Below the pieces are notes generated by a model, which was not told where the DNA came from, did not search any database, and saw only the letters and a program-made list of their open reading frames with translations. The translations under genes and the position numbers were made by a program. This document shows, one piece after another, positions 26,101 through 41,100 of a DNA stretch of 64,000 nt. Position 1 is the stretch's first letter. Every line of letters begins with the position of its first letter. Source of the stretch: Leptogorgia sarmentosa (taxonomy: Eukaryota); contig OZ210884.1 of assembly GCA_964658305.1 (NCBI GenBank), positions 124,001 to 188,000 of the forward strand, read 5' to 3'.

Positions 26101-29100
26101 AGTCAAAATCATGATCATTTTCGACACATTTTCCAACTTGGTATGAACAAATCAAAATCATTATTATCAATGTAAACACACTCTGCAACATCGCTAGAGT
26201 GTGATTTTTGGCATTTGAAGAATTTTAAAATTTCAAACATTAGTCAAAATCATGATCATTTTCGACACATTTTCCAACTTGGTATGAACAAATCAAAATC
26301 ATTATTATCAATGTAAACACACTCTGCAACATCGCTAGAGTGTGATTTTTTGCATTTGAAGAGTTTTAAAATTTCAAACATTAGTCAAAATCATGATCAT
26401 TTTCGACACATTTTCCAACTTGGTATGAACAAATCAAAATCATTATTATCAATGTAAACACACTCTGCAACATCGCTAGAGTGTGATTTTTTGCATTTGA
26501 AGAGTTTTAAAATTTCAAACATTAGTCAAAATCATGATCATTTTCGACACATTTTCCAACTTGGTATGAACAAATCAAAATCATTATTATCAATGTAAAC
26601 GCACTCTGCAGCATCACTGGAGGGAGATTTTTAGCATCTGAAGAGTTTTAAAATTTCAAACATTAGTCAAAATCATGATCATTTTCGACACATTTTCCAA
26701 CTTGGTATGAACAAATCAAAATCATTATTATCAATGTAAACACAATCTGCAACATCGCTAGAGTGTGATTTTTTGCATTTGAAGAGTTTTAAAATTCCAA
26801 ACTTTAGTCAAAATCATGATCATTTTCGACACATTTTCCAACTTCGTACGAACAAATCAAAATCATTATTATCAATGTAAACACACTCTGCAACATCGCT
26901 AGAGTGTGATTTTTGGCATTTGAAGAGTTTTAAAATTTCAAACATTAGTCAAAATCATGATCATTTTGGACACATTTTCCAACTTGGTATGAACAAATCA
27001 AAATCATTATTATCAATGTAAACACACTCTGCAGCATCACTGGAGGGAGATTTTTAGCATCTGAAGAGTTTTAAAATTTCAAACATTAGTCAAAATCATG
27101 ATCATTTTCGACACATTTTCCAACTTCGTACGAACAAATCAAAATCTTTGTTATCAATGTAAACACGCTCTGCAACATCGCTAGAGTGTGATTTTTGGCA
27201 TTTGAAGAGTTTTAAAATTTCAAACTTTTGTCAAATTCATAATCATTTTTGACACATTTTCCAACTTGGTATGAACAAATCAAAATCATTATTATCAATG
27301 TAAACACACTCTGCAACATCGCTAGAGTGTGATTTTTTGCATTTGAAGAGTTTTAAAATTTCAAACTTTAGTCAAATTCATGATCATTTTTGACACATTT
27401 TCCAACTTGGTATGAACAAATGAAAGTCATTATTATCAATGTAAACACACTCTGCAGCATCACTGGAGGGAGATTTTTAGCATCTGAAGCGTTTTAAAAT
27501 TTCAAACATTAGTCAAAATTATGATCATTTTCGACACATTTTCCAACTTCGTACGAACAAATCAAAATCATTGTTATCAATGTAAACACGCTCTGCAACA
27601 TCGCTAGAGTGTGATTTTTTGCATTTGAAGAGTTTTAAAATTTCAAACATTAGTCAAAATCATGATCATTTTCGACACATTTTCCAACTTGGTATGAACA
27701 AATCAAAATCATTATTATCAATGTAAACACACTCTGCAACATCGCTAGAGTGTGATTTTTTGCATTTGAAGAGTTTTAAAATTTCAAACATTAGTCAAAA
27801 TCATGATCATTTTCGACACATTTTCCAACTTGGTATGAACAAATCAAAATCATTATTATCAATGTAAACGCACTCTGCAGCATCACTGTAGGGAGATTTT
27901 TAGCATCTGAAGAGTTTTAAAATTTCAAACATTAGTCAAAATCATGATCATTTTCGACACATTTTCCAACTTGGTATGAACAAATCAAAATCATTATTAT
28001 CAATGTAAACACACTCTGCAACATCGCTAGAGTGTGATTTTTTGCATTTGAAGAGTTTTAAAATTTGCAAACTTTAGTCAAATTCATGATCATTTTTGAC
28101 ACATTTTCCAACTTGGTATGAACAAATCAAAGTCATTATTATCAATGTAAACACACTCTGCAGCATCACTGGAGGGAGATTTTTAGCATCTGAAGAGTTT
28201 TAAAATTTCAAACATTAGTCAAAATCATGATCATTTTCGACACATTTTCCAACTTCGTACGAACAAATCAAAATCATTGTTATCAATGTAAACACGCTCT
28301 GCAACATCGCTAGAGTGTGATTTTTGGCATTTGAAGAGTTTTAAAATTTCAAACTTTAGTCAAATTCATGATCATTTTTGACACATTTTCCAACTTGGTA
28401 TGAACAAATCAAAATCATTATTATCAATGTAAACACACTCTGCAACATCGCTAGAGTGTGATTTTTTGCATTTGAAGAGTTTGAAAATTTCAAACATTAG
28501 TCAAAATCATGATCATTTTCGACACATTTTCCAACTTGGTATGAACAAATCAAAATCATTATTATCAATGTAAACACACTCTGCAGCATCACTGGAGGGA
28601 GATTTTTAGCATCTGAAGAATTTTAAAATTTCAAACATTAGTCAAAATCATGATCATTTTCGACACATTTTCCAACTTGGTATGAACAAATCAAAATCAT
28701 TATTATCAATGTAAACACACTCTGCAACATCGCTAGAGTGTGATTTTTTGCATTTGAAGAGTTTTAAAATTTCAAACATTAGTCAAAATCATGATCATTT
28801 TCGACACATTTTCCAACTTGGTATGAACAAATCAAAATCATTATTATCAATGTAAACACACTCTGCAACATCGCTAGAGTGTGATTTTTTGCATTTGAAG
28901 AGTTTTAAAATTTCAAACATTAGTCAAAATCATGATCATTTTCGACACATTTTCCAACTTGGTATGAACAAATCAAAATCATTATTATCAATGTAAACAC
29001 ACTCTGCAGCATCACTGGAGGGAGATTTTTAGCATCTGAAGAGTTTTAAAATTTCAAACATTAGTCAAAATCATGATCATTTTCGACACATTTTCCAACT

Positions 29101-32100
29101 TCGTACGAACAAATCAAAATCATTGTTATCAATGTAAACACGCTCTGCAACATCGCTAGAGTGTGATTTTTGGCATTTGAACAGTTTTAAAATTTCAAAC
29201 TTTAGTCAAATTCATGATCATTTTTGACACATTTTCCAACTTGGTATGAACAAATCAAAATCATTATTATCAATGTAAACACACTCTGCAACATCGCTAG
29301 AGTGTGATTTTTTGCATTTGAAGAGTTTTAAAATTTCAAACATTAGTCAAAATCATGATCATTTTCGACACATTTTCCAACTTGGTATGAACAAATCAAA
29401 ATCATTATTATCAATGTAAACACACTCTGCAGCATCACTGGAGGGAGATTTTTAGCATCTGAAGAGTTTTAAAATTTCAAACATTAGTCAAAATCATGAT
29501 CATTTTCGACACATTTTCCAACTTGGTATGAACAAATCAAAATCATTATTATCAATGTAAACACACTCTGCAACATCGCTAGAGTGTGATTTTTTGCATT
29601 TGAAGAGTTTTAAAATTTCAAACATTAGTCAAAATCATGATCATTTTCGACACATTTTCCAACTTGGTATGAACAAATCAAAATCATTGTTATCAATGTA
29701 TAGACGCTCGGCAACATCGCTAGAGTGTGATATTTGGCATTTGAAGAGTTTTAAAATTTCAAACTTTAGTCAAATTCATGATCATTTTTGACACATTTTC
29801 CAACTTGGTATGAACAAATCAAAATCATTATTATCAATGTAAACACACTCTGCAACATCGCTAGAGTGTGATTTTTTGCATTTGAAGAGTTTTAAAATTT
29901 CAAATTTAGTCAAATTCATGATCATTTTTCACACATTTTCCAACTTGGTATGAACAAATCAAAATCGTTATTATCAATGTAAACACACTCTGCAACATCG
30001 CTAGAGTGTGATTTTTTGCATTTGAAGAGTTTTAAAATTTCAAACATTAGTCAAAATCATGATCATTTTCGACACATTTTCCAACTTGGTATGAACAAAT
30101 CAAAATCATTATTATCAATGTAAACAAACTCTGCAACATCGCTAGAGTGTGATTTTTTGCATTTGAAGAGTTTTAAAATTTCAAACATTAGTCAAAATCA
30201 TGATCATTTTCGACACATTTTCCAACTTGGTATGAACAAATCAAAATCATTATTATCAATGTAAACGCACTCTGCAGCATCACTGGAGGGAGATTTTTAG
30301 CATCTGAAGAGTTTTAAAATTTCAAACATTAGTCAAAATCATGATCATTTTCGACACATTTTCCAACTTGGTATGAACAAATCAAAATCATTATTATCAA
30401 TGTAAACACACTCTGCAACATCGCTAGAGTGTGATTTTTTGCATTTGAAGAGTTTTAAAATTTGCAAACTTTAGTCAAATTCATGATCATTTTTGACACA
30501 TTTTCCAACTTGGTATGAACAAATCAAAGTCATTATTATCAATGTAAACACACTCTGCAGCATCACTGGAGGGAGATTTTTAGCATCTGAAGAGTTTTAA
30601 AATTTCAAACATTAGTCAAAATCATGATCATTTTCGACACATTTTCCAACTTCGTACGAACAAATCAAAATCATTGTTATCAATGTAAACACGCTCTGCA
30701 ACATCGCTAGAGTGTGATTTTTGGCATTTGAAGAGTTTCAAAATTTCAAACTTTAGTCAAATTCATGATCATTTTTGACACATTTTCCAACTTGGTATGA
30801 ACAAATCAAAATCATTATTATCAATGTAAACACACTCTGCAACATCGCTAGAGTGTGATTTTTTGCATTTGAAGAGTTTTAAAATTTCAAAAATTAGTCA
30901 AAATCATGATCATTTTCGACACATTTTCCAACTTGGTATGAACAAATCAAAATCATTATTATCAATGTAAACACACTCTGCAGCATCACTGGAGGGAGAT
31001 TTTTAGCATCTGAAGAATTTTAAAATTTCAAACATTAGTCAAAATCATGATCATTTTCGACACATTTTCCAACTTGGTATGAACAAATCAAAATCATTAT
31101 TATCAATGTAAACACACTCTGCAACATCGCTAGAGTGTGATTTTTTGCATTTGAAGAGTTTTAAAATTTCAAACATTAGTCAAAATCATGATCATTTTCG
31201 ACACATTTTCCAACTTGGTATGAACAAATCAAAATCATTATTATCAATGTAAACACACTCTGCAACATCGCTAGAGTGTGATTTTTTGCATTTGAAGAGT
31301 TTTAAAATTTCAAATTTAGTCAAATTCATGATCATTTTTCACACATTTTCCAACTTGGTATGAACAAATCAAAATCGTTATTATCAATGTAAACACACTC
31401 TGCAACATCGCTAGAGTGTGATTTTTCATTTGAAGAGTTTTAAAATTTCAAACATTAGTCAAAATCATGATCATTTTCGACACATTTTCCAACTTGGTAT
31501 GAACAGATCAAAATCATTATTATCAATGTAAACAAACTCTGCAACATCGCTAGAGTGTGATTTTTTGCATTTGAAGAGTTTTAAAATTTCAAACATTAGT
31601 CAAAATCATGATCATTTTCGACACATTTTCCAACTTGGTATGAACAAATCAAAATCATTATTATCAATGTAAACGCACTCTGCAGCATCACTGGAGGGAG
31701 ATTTTTAGCATCTGAAGAGTTTTAAAATTTCAAACATTAGTCAAAATCATGATCATTTTCGACACATTTTCCAACTTGGTATGAACAAATCAAAATCATT
31801 ATTATCAATGTAAACACACTCTGCAACATCGCTAGAGTGTGATTTTTTGCATTTGAAGAGTTTTAAAATTTGCAAACTTTAGTCAAATTCATGATCATTT
31901 TTGACACATTTTCCAACTTGGTATGAACAAATCAAAGTCATTATTATCAATGTAAACACACTCTGCAGCATCACTGGAGGGAGATTTTTAGCATCTGAAG
32001 AGTTTTAAAATTTCAAACATTAGTCAAAATCATGATCATTTTCGACACATTTTCCAACTTCGTACGAACAAATCAAAATCATTGTTATCAATGTAAACAC

Positions 32101-35100
32101 GCTCTGCAACATCGCTAGAGTGTGATTTTTGGCATTTGAAGAGTTTTAAAATTTCAAACTTTAGTCAAATTCATGATCATTTTTGACACATTTTCCAACT
32201 TGGTATGAACAAATCAAAATCATTATTATCAATGTAAACACACTCTGCAACATCGCTAGAGTGTGATTTTTTGCATTTGAAGAGTTTTAAAATTTCAAAC
32301 ATTAGTCAAAATCATGATCATTTTCGACACATTTTCCAACTTGGTATGAACAAATCAAAATCATTATTATCAATGTAAACACACTCTGCAGCATCACTGG
32401 AGGGAGATTTTTAGCATCTGAAGAGTTTTAAAATTTCAAACATTAGTCAAAATCATGATCATTTTCGACACATTTTCCAACTTGGTATGAACAAATCAAA
32501 ATCATTATTATCAATGTAAACACACTCTGCAACATCGCTAGAGTGTGATTTTTTGCATTTGAAGAGTTTTAAAATTTCAAACTTTAGTCAAAATCATGAT
32601 CATTTTCGACACATTTTCCAACTTCGTACGAACAAATCAAAATTATTGTTATCAATGTAAACACGCTCTGCAACATCGCTAGAGTGTGATTTTTGGCATT
32701 TGAAGAGTTTTAAAATTTCAAACTTTAGTCAAATTCATGATCATTTTTGACACATTTTCCAACTTGGTATGAACAAATCAAAATCATTATTATCAATGTA
32801 AACACACTCTGCAGCATCACTGGAGGGAGATTTTTAGCATCTGAAGAGTTTTAAAATTTCAAACATTAGTCAAATTCATGATCATTTTTGACACATTTTC
32901 CAACTTGGTATGAACAAATCAAAATCATTATTATCAATGTAAACACACTCTGCAACATCGCTAGAGTGTGATTTTTTGCATTTGAAGAGTTTTAAAATTT
33001 CAAACTTTAGTCAAATTCATGATCATTTTTGACAGATTTTCCAACTTGGTATGAACAAATCAAAATCATTATTATCAATGTAAACACACTCTGCAGCATC
33101 ACTGGAGGGAGATTTTTAGCATCTGAAGAGTTTTAAAATTTCAAACTTTAGTCAAAATCATGATCATTTTCGACACATTTTCCAACTTGGTATGAACAAA
33201 TCAAAATCATTATTATCAATGTAAACACACTCTGCAGCATCACTGGAGGGAGATTTTTAGCATCTGAAGTGTTTTAAAATTTCAAACATTAGTCAAAATC
33301 ATCATCATTTTCGACACATTTCCAACTTGGTATGAACAAATCAAAATCATTGTTATCAATGTAAACACACTCTGCAACATCGCTAGAGTGTGATTTTTTG
33401 CATTTGAAGAGTTTTAAAATTTCAAACTTTAGTCAAAATCATGATCATTTTCGACACATTTTCCAACTTCGTACGAACAAATCAAATCATTATTATCAAT
33501 GTAAAAACACTCTGCAACATCGCTAGTGTGTGATTTTTTGCATTTGAAGAGTTTTAAAATTTCAAACTTTAGTAAAAATCATGATCATTTTCGACACATT
33601 TTCAAACTTGGTATGAACAAATCAAAATCATTATTATCAATGTAAACACACTCTGCAGCATCACTGGAGGGAGATTTTGAGCATCTGAAGAGTTTTAAAA
33701 TTTCAAACATTAGTCAAAATCATGATCATTTTCGACACATTTTCCAACTTGGTATGAACAAATCAAAATCGTTATTATCAATGTAAACACACTCTGCAGC
33801 ATCACTGGAGGGAGATTTTTAGCATCTGAAGTGTTTTAAAATTTCAAACATTAGTCAAAATCATGATCATTTTTGACACATTTTCCAACTTGGTATGAAC
33901 AAATCAAAATCATTATTATCAATGTAAACACACTCTGCAGCATCACTGGAGGGAGATTTTTAGCATCTGAAGTGTTTTAAAATTTCAAACATTAGTCAAA
34001 ATCATGATCATTTTTGACACATTTTCCAACTTGGTATGAACAAATCAAAATCATTATTATCAATGTAAACACACTCTGCAACATCGCTAGAGTGTGATTT
34101 TTTTGCATTTGACGAGTTTTAAAATTTCAAACTTTAGTCAAATTCATGATCATTTTTGACACATTTTCCAACTTGGTATGAACAAATCAAAATCATTATT
34201 ATCAATGTAAACATACTCTGCAGCATCACTGGAGGGAGATTTTTAGCATCTGAAGAGTTTTAAAATTTCAAACTTCAGTCAAATTCATGATCATTTTTGA
34301 CAGATTTTCCAACTTGGTATGAACAAATCAAAATCATTATTATCAATGTAAACACACTCTGCAACATCACTGGAGGGAGATTTTTAGCATCTGAAGAGTT
34401 TTAAAATTTCAAACATTAGTCAAATTCATGATCATTTTTGACACATTTTCCAACTTGGTATGAACAAATCAAAATCATTATTATCAATGTAATCACACTC
34501 TGCAACATCGCTAGAGTGTGATTTTTTGCATTTGAAGAGTTTTAAAATTTCAAACTTTAGTTAAATTCATGATCGTTTTTGACACATTTTCCAACTTGGT
34601 ATGAACAAATCAGAATCATTATTATCAATGTAAACACACTCTGCAACATCGCTAGTGTGTGATTTTTTGCATTTGAAGTGTTTTAAAATTTCAAACATAA
34701 GTCAAAATCATGATCATTTTCGACACATTTTCCAACTTGGTATGAACAAATCAAAATCATTATTATCAATGTAAACACACTCTGCAACATCGCTAGAGTG
34801 TGATTTTTTGCATTTGAAGAGTTTTAAAATTTCAAACTTTAGTCAAAATCATGATCATTTTCGACACATTTTCCAACTTCGTACGAACAAATCAAATTAT
34901 TGTTATCAATGTAAACACGCTCTGCAACATCGCTGGAGTGTGATTTTTGGCATTTGAAGAGTTTTAAAATTTCAAACTTTAGTCAAATTCATGATCATTT
35001 TTGACACATTTTCCAAATTGGTATGAACAAATCAAAATCATTATTATCAATGTAAACACACTCTGCAGCATCACTGGAGGGAGATTTTTAGCATCTGAAG

Positions 35101-38100
35101 AGTTTTAAAATTTCAAACATTAGTCAAATTCATGATCATTTTTGACACATTTTCCAACTTGGTATGAACAAATCAAAATCATTATTATCAATGTAAACAC
35201 ACTCTGCAACATCGCTAGAGTGTGATTTTTTGCATTTGAAGAGTTTTAAAATTTCAAACTTTAGTCAAATTCATGATCATTTTTGACAGATTTTCCAACT
35301 TGGTATAAACAAATCAAAATCATTATTATCAATGTAAACACACTCTGCAGCATCACGGGAGGGAGATTTTTAGCATCTGAAGAGTTTTAAAATTTCAAAC
35401 ATTAGTCAAAATCATGATCATTTTCGACACATTTTCCAACTTCGTACGAACAAATCAAAATCATTGTTATCAATGTAAACACGCTCTGCAACATCGCTAG
35501 AGTGTGATTTTTGGCATTTGAAGAGTTTTAAAATTTCAAACTTTAGTTAAATTCATGATCGTTTTTGACACATTTTCCAACTTGGTATGAACAAATCAAA
35601 ATCATTATTATCAATGTAAACACACTCTGCAACATCGCTAGAGTGTGATTTTTTGCATTTGAAGAGTTTTAAAATTTCAAACTTTAGTCAAAATCATGAT
35701 CATTTTCGACACATTTTCCAACTTCGTACGAACAAATCAAAATCATTATTATCAATGTAAACACGCTCTGCAACATCATCGCTAGAGTGTGATTTTTGGC
35801 ATTTGAAGAGTTTGAAAATTTCAAACTTTAGTCAAATTCATGATCATTTTTGACACATTTTCCAAATTGGTATGAACAAATCAAAATCATTATTATCAAT
35901 GTAAACACACTCTGCAGCATCACTGGAGGGAGATTTTTAGCATCTGAAGAGTTTTAAAATTTCAAACTTTAGTCAAATTCATGATCATTTTTGACAGATT
36001 TTCCAACTTGGTATGAACAAATCAAAATCATTATTATCAATGTAAACACACTCTGCAGCATTACTGGAGGGAGATTTTTAGCATCTGAAGAGTTTTAAAA
36101 TTTCAAACATTAGTCAAAATCATGATCATTTTCGACACATTTTCCAACTTCGTACGAACAAATCAAAATCATTGTTATCAATGTAAACACGCTCTGCAAC
36201 ATCGCTAGAGTGTGATTTTTGCCATTTGAAGAGTTTTAAAATTTCAAACTTTAGTTAAATTCATGATCGTTTTTGACACATTTTCCAACTTGGTATGAAC
36301 AAATCAAAATCATTATTATCAATGTAAACACACTCTGCAACATCGCTAGAGTGTGATTTTTTGAATTTAAGAGTTTTAAAATTTCAAACTTTAGTCAAAA
36401 TCATGATCATTTTCGACACATTTTCCAACTTCGTTCGAACAAATCAAAATTATTGTTATCAATGTAAACACGCTCTGCAACATCATCGCTAGAGTGTGAT
36501 TTTTGGCATTTGAAGAGTTTGAAAATTTCAAACTTTAGTCAAATTCATGATCATTTTTGACAGATTTTCCAACTTGGTATGAACAAATCAAAATCATTAT
36601 TATCAATGTAAGCACACTCTGCAGCATCACTGGAGGGAGATTTTTAGCATCTGAAGAGTTTTAAAATTTCAAACATTAGTCAAAATCATGATCATTTTCG
36701 ACACATTTTCCAACTTCGTACGAACAAATCAAAATCATTGTTATCAATGTAAACACGCTCTGCAACATCGCTAGAGTGTGATTTTTGGCATTTGAAGAGT
36801 TTTAAAATTTCAAACTTTAGTCAAATTCATGATCATTTTTGACACATTTTCCAACTTGGTATGAACAAATCAAAATCATTATTATCAATGTAAACACACT
36901 CTGCAGCATCACTGGAGGGAGATTTTTAGCATCTGAAGAGTTTTAAAATTTCAAACATTAGGCAAATTCATGATCATTTTTGACACATTTTCCAACTTGG
37001 TATGAACAAATCAAAATCATTATTATCAATGTAAACACACTCTGCAACATCGCTAGAGTGTGATTTTTTGCATTTGAAGAGTTTAAAATTTCAAACTTTA
37101 GTCAAAATCATGATCATTTTCGACACATTTTCCAACTTGGTATGAACAAATCAAAATCATTATTATCAATGTAAACGCACTCTGCAGCATCACTGGAGGG
37201 AGATTTTTAGCATCTGAAGAGTTTTAAAATTTCAAACATTAGTCAAAATCATGATCATTTTCGACACATTTTCCAACTTGGTATGAACAAATCAAAATCA
37301 TTATTATCAATGTAAACACACTCTGCAACATCGCTAGAGTGTGATTTTTTGCATTTGAAGAGTTTTAAAATTTCAAACTTTAGTCAAATTCATGATCATT
37401 TTTGACACATTTTCCAACTTGGTATGAACAAATCAAAATCATTATTATCAATGTAAACACACTCTGCAACATCGCTAGAGTGTGATTTTTTGCATTTGAA
37501 GAGTTTTAAAATTTCAAACTTTAGTCAAAATCATGATCATTTTCGACACATTTTCCAACTTCGTACGAACAAATCAAAATCATTGTTATCAATGTAAACA
37601 CGCTCTGCAACATCGCTAGAGTGTGATTTTTGGCATTTGAAGAGTTTTAAAATTTCAAACTTTAGTCAAATTCATGATCATTTTTGACACATTTTCCACT
37701 TGGTATGAACAAATCAAAATCGTTATTATCAATGTAAACACACTCTGCAACATCGCTAGAGTGTGATTTTTTGCATTTGAAGAGTTTTAAAATTTCAAAC
37801 ATTAGTCAAAATCATGATCATTTTCGACACATTTTCCAACTTGGTATGAACAAATCAAAATCATTATTATCAATGTAAACACACTCTGCAGCATCACTGG
37901 AGGGAGATATTTAGCATCTGAAGAGTTTTAAAATTTCAAACATTAGTCAAAATCATGATCATTTTTGACACATTTTCCAACTTGGTATGAACAAATCAAA
38001 ATCATTATTATCAATGTAAACACACTCTGCAACATCGCTAGAGTGTGATTTTTTGCATTTGAAGAGTTTTAAAATTTCAAACATTAGTCAAAATCATGAT

Positions 38101-41100
38101 CATTTTCGACACATTTTCCAACTTCGTACGAACAAATCAAAATCATTGTTATCAATGTAAACACGCTCTGCAGCATCACTGGAGGGAGATTTTTAGCATC
38201 TGAAGACTTTTAAAATTTCAAACATTAGTCAAAATCATGATCATTTTCGACACATTTTCCAACTTCGTACGAACAAATCAAAATCATTGTTATCAATGTA
38301 AACACGCTCTGCAACATCGCTAGAGTGTGATTTTTTGCATTTGAAGAGTTTTAAAATTTCAAACTTTAGTCAAATTCATGATCATTTTTGACAGATTTTC
38401 CAACTTGGTATGAACAAATCAAAATCATTATTATCAATGTAAACACACTCTGCAGCATCACTGGAGGGAGATTTTTAGCATCTGAAGAGTTTTAAAATTT
38501 CAAACATTAGTCAAAATCATGATCATTTTCGACACATTTTCCAACTTCGTACAAACAAATCAAAATCATTGTTATCAATGTAAACACGCTCTGCAACATC
38601 GCTAGAGTGTGATTTTTGGCATTTGAAGAGTTTTAAAATTTCAAACTTTAGTCAAATTCATGATCATTTTTGACACATTTTCCACTTGGTATGAACAAAT
38701 CAAAATCGTTATTATCAATGTAAACACACTCTGCAACATCGCTAGAGTGTGATTTTTTGCATTTGAAGAGTTTTAAAATTTCAAACATTAGTCAAAATCA
38801 TGATCATTTTCGACACATTTTCCAACTTGGTATGAACAAATCAAAATCATTATTATCAATGTAAACACACTCTGCAACATCACTGGAGGGAGATTTTTAG
38901 CATCTGAAGAGTTTTAAAATTTCAAACATTAGTCAAAATCATGATCATTTTTGACACATTTTCCAACTTGGTATGAACAAATCAAAATCATTATTATCAA
39001 TGTAAACACACTCTGCAACATCGCTAGAGTGTGATTTTTTGCATTTGAAGAGTTTTAAAATTTCAAACATTAGTCAAAATCATGATCATTTTTGACAGAT
39101 TTTCCAACTTGGTATGAACAAATCAAAATCATTATTATCAATGTAAACACACTCTGCAGCATCACTGGAGGGAGATTTTTAGCATCTGAAGAGTTTTAAA
39201 ATTTCAAACATTAGTCAAAATCATGATCATTTTCGACACATTTTCCAACTTCGTACGAACAAATCAAAATCATTGTTATCAATGTAAACACGCTCTGCAA
39301 CATCGCTGGAGTGTGATTTTTGGCATTTGAAGAGTTTTAAAATTTCAAACTTTAGTTAAATTCATGATCATTTTTGACACATTTTCCAACTTGGTATGAA
39401 CAAATCAAAATCATTATTATCAATGTAAACACACTCTGCAACATCGCTAGAGTGTGATTTTTTGCATTTGAAGAGTTTTAAAATTTCAAACTTTAGTCAA
39501 ATTCATGATCATTTTTGACACATTTTCCAACTTCGTACGAACAAATCAAAATCATTATTATCAATGTAAACACACTCTGCAGCATCACTGGAGGGAGATT
39601 TTTAGCATCTGAAGAGTTTTAAAATTTCAAACATTAGTCAAAATCATGATCATTTTTGACACATTTTCCAACTTGGTATGAACAAATCAAAATCATTATT
39701 ATCAATGTAAACACACTCTGCAACATCGCTAGAGTGTGATTTTTTGCATTTGAAGAGTTTTAAAATTTCAAACATTAGTCAAAATCATGATCATTTTCGA
39801 CACATTTTCCAACTTCGTACGAACAAATCAAAATCATTGTTATCAATGTAAACACGCTCTGCAGCATCACTGGAGGGAGATTTTTAGCATCTGAAGACTT
39901 TTAAAATTTCAAACATTAGTCAAAATCATGATCATTTTCGACAAATTTTCCAACTTCGTACGAACAAATCAAAATCATTGTTATCAATGTAAACACGCTC
40001 TGCAACATCGCTAGAGTGTGATTTTTTGCATTTGAAGAGTTTTAAAATTTCAAACATTAGTCAAATTCATGATCATTTTTGACACATTTTCCAACTTGGT
40101 ATGAACAAATCAAAATCATTATTATCAATGTAAACACACTCTGCAACATCGCTAGAGTGTGATTTTTTGCATTTGAAGAGTTTTAAAATTTCAAACTTTA
40201 GTCAAATTCATGATCATTTTTGACAGATTTTCCAACTTGGTATGAACAAATCAAAATCATTATTATCAATGTAAACACACTCTGCAGCATCACTGGAGGG
40301 AGATTTTTAGCATCTGAAGAGTTTTAAAATTTCAAACATTAGTCAAAATCATGATCATTTTCGACACATTTTCCAACTTGGTATGAACAAATCAAAATCA
40401 TTATTATCAATGTAAACACACTCTGCAACATCGCTAGAGTGTGATTTTTTGCATTTGAAGAGTTTTAAAATTTCAAACTTTAGTCAAAATCATGATCATT
40501 TTCGACACATTTTCCAACTTCGTACGAACAAATCAAAATCATTGTTATCAATGTAAACACGCTCTGCAACATCGCTAGAGTGGGAATTTTGGCATTTGAA
40601 GAGTTTTAAAATTTCAAACATTAGTCAAAATCATGATCATTTTCGACACATTTTCCAACTTGGTATGAACAAATCAAAATCATTATTATCAATGTAAACA
40701 CACTCTGCAGCATCACTGGAGGGAAATTTTTAGCATCTGAAGAGTTTTAAAATTTCAAACATTAGTCAAATTCATGATCATTTTCGACACATTTTCCAAC
40801 TTCGTACGAACAAATCAAAATCATTGTTATCAATGTAAACACGCTCTGCAACATCGCTAGAGTGTGATTTTTTGCATTTGAAGAGTTTTAAAATTTCAAA
40901 CTTTAGTCAAATTCATGATCATTTTTGACAGATTTTCCAACTTGGTATGAACAAATCAAAATCATTATTATCAATGTAAACACACTCTGCAGCATCACTG
41001 GAGGGAGATTTTTAGCATCTGAAGAGTTTTAAAATTTCAAACATTAGTCAAAATCATGATCATTTTCGACACATTTTCCAACTTGGTATGAACAAATCAA

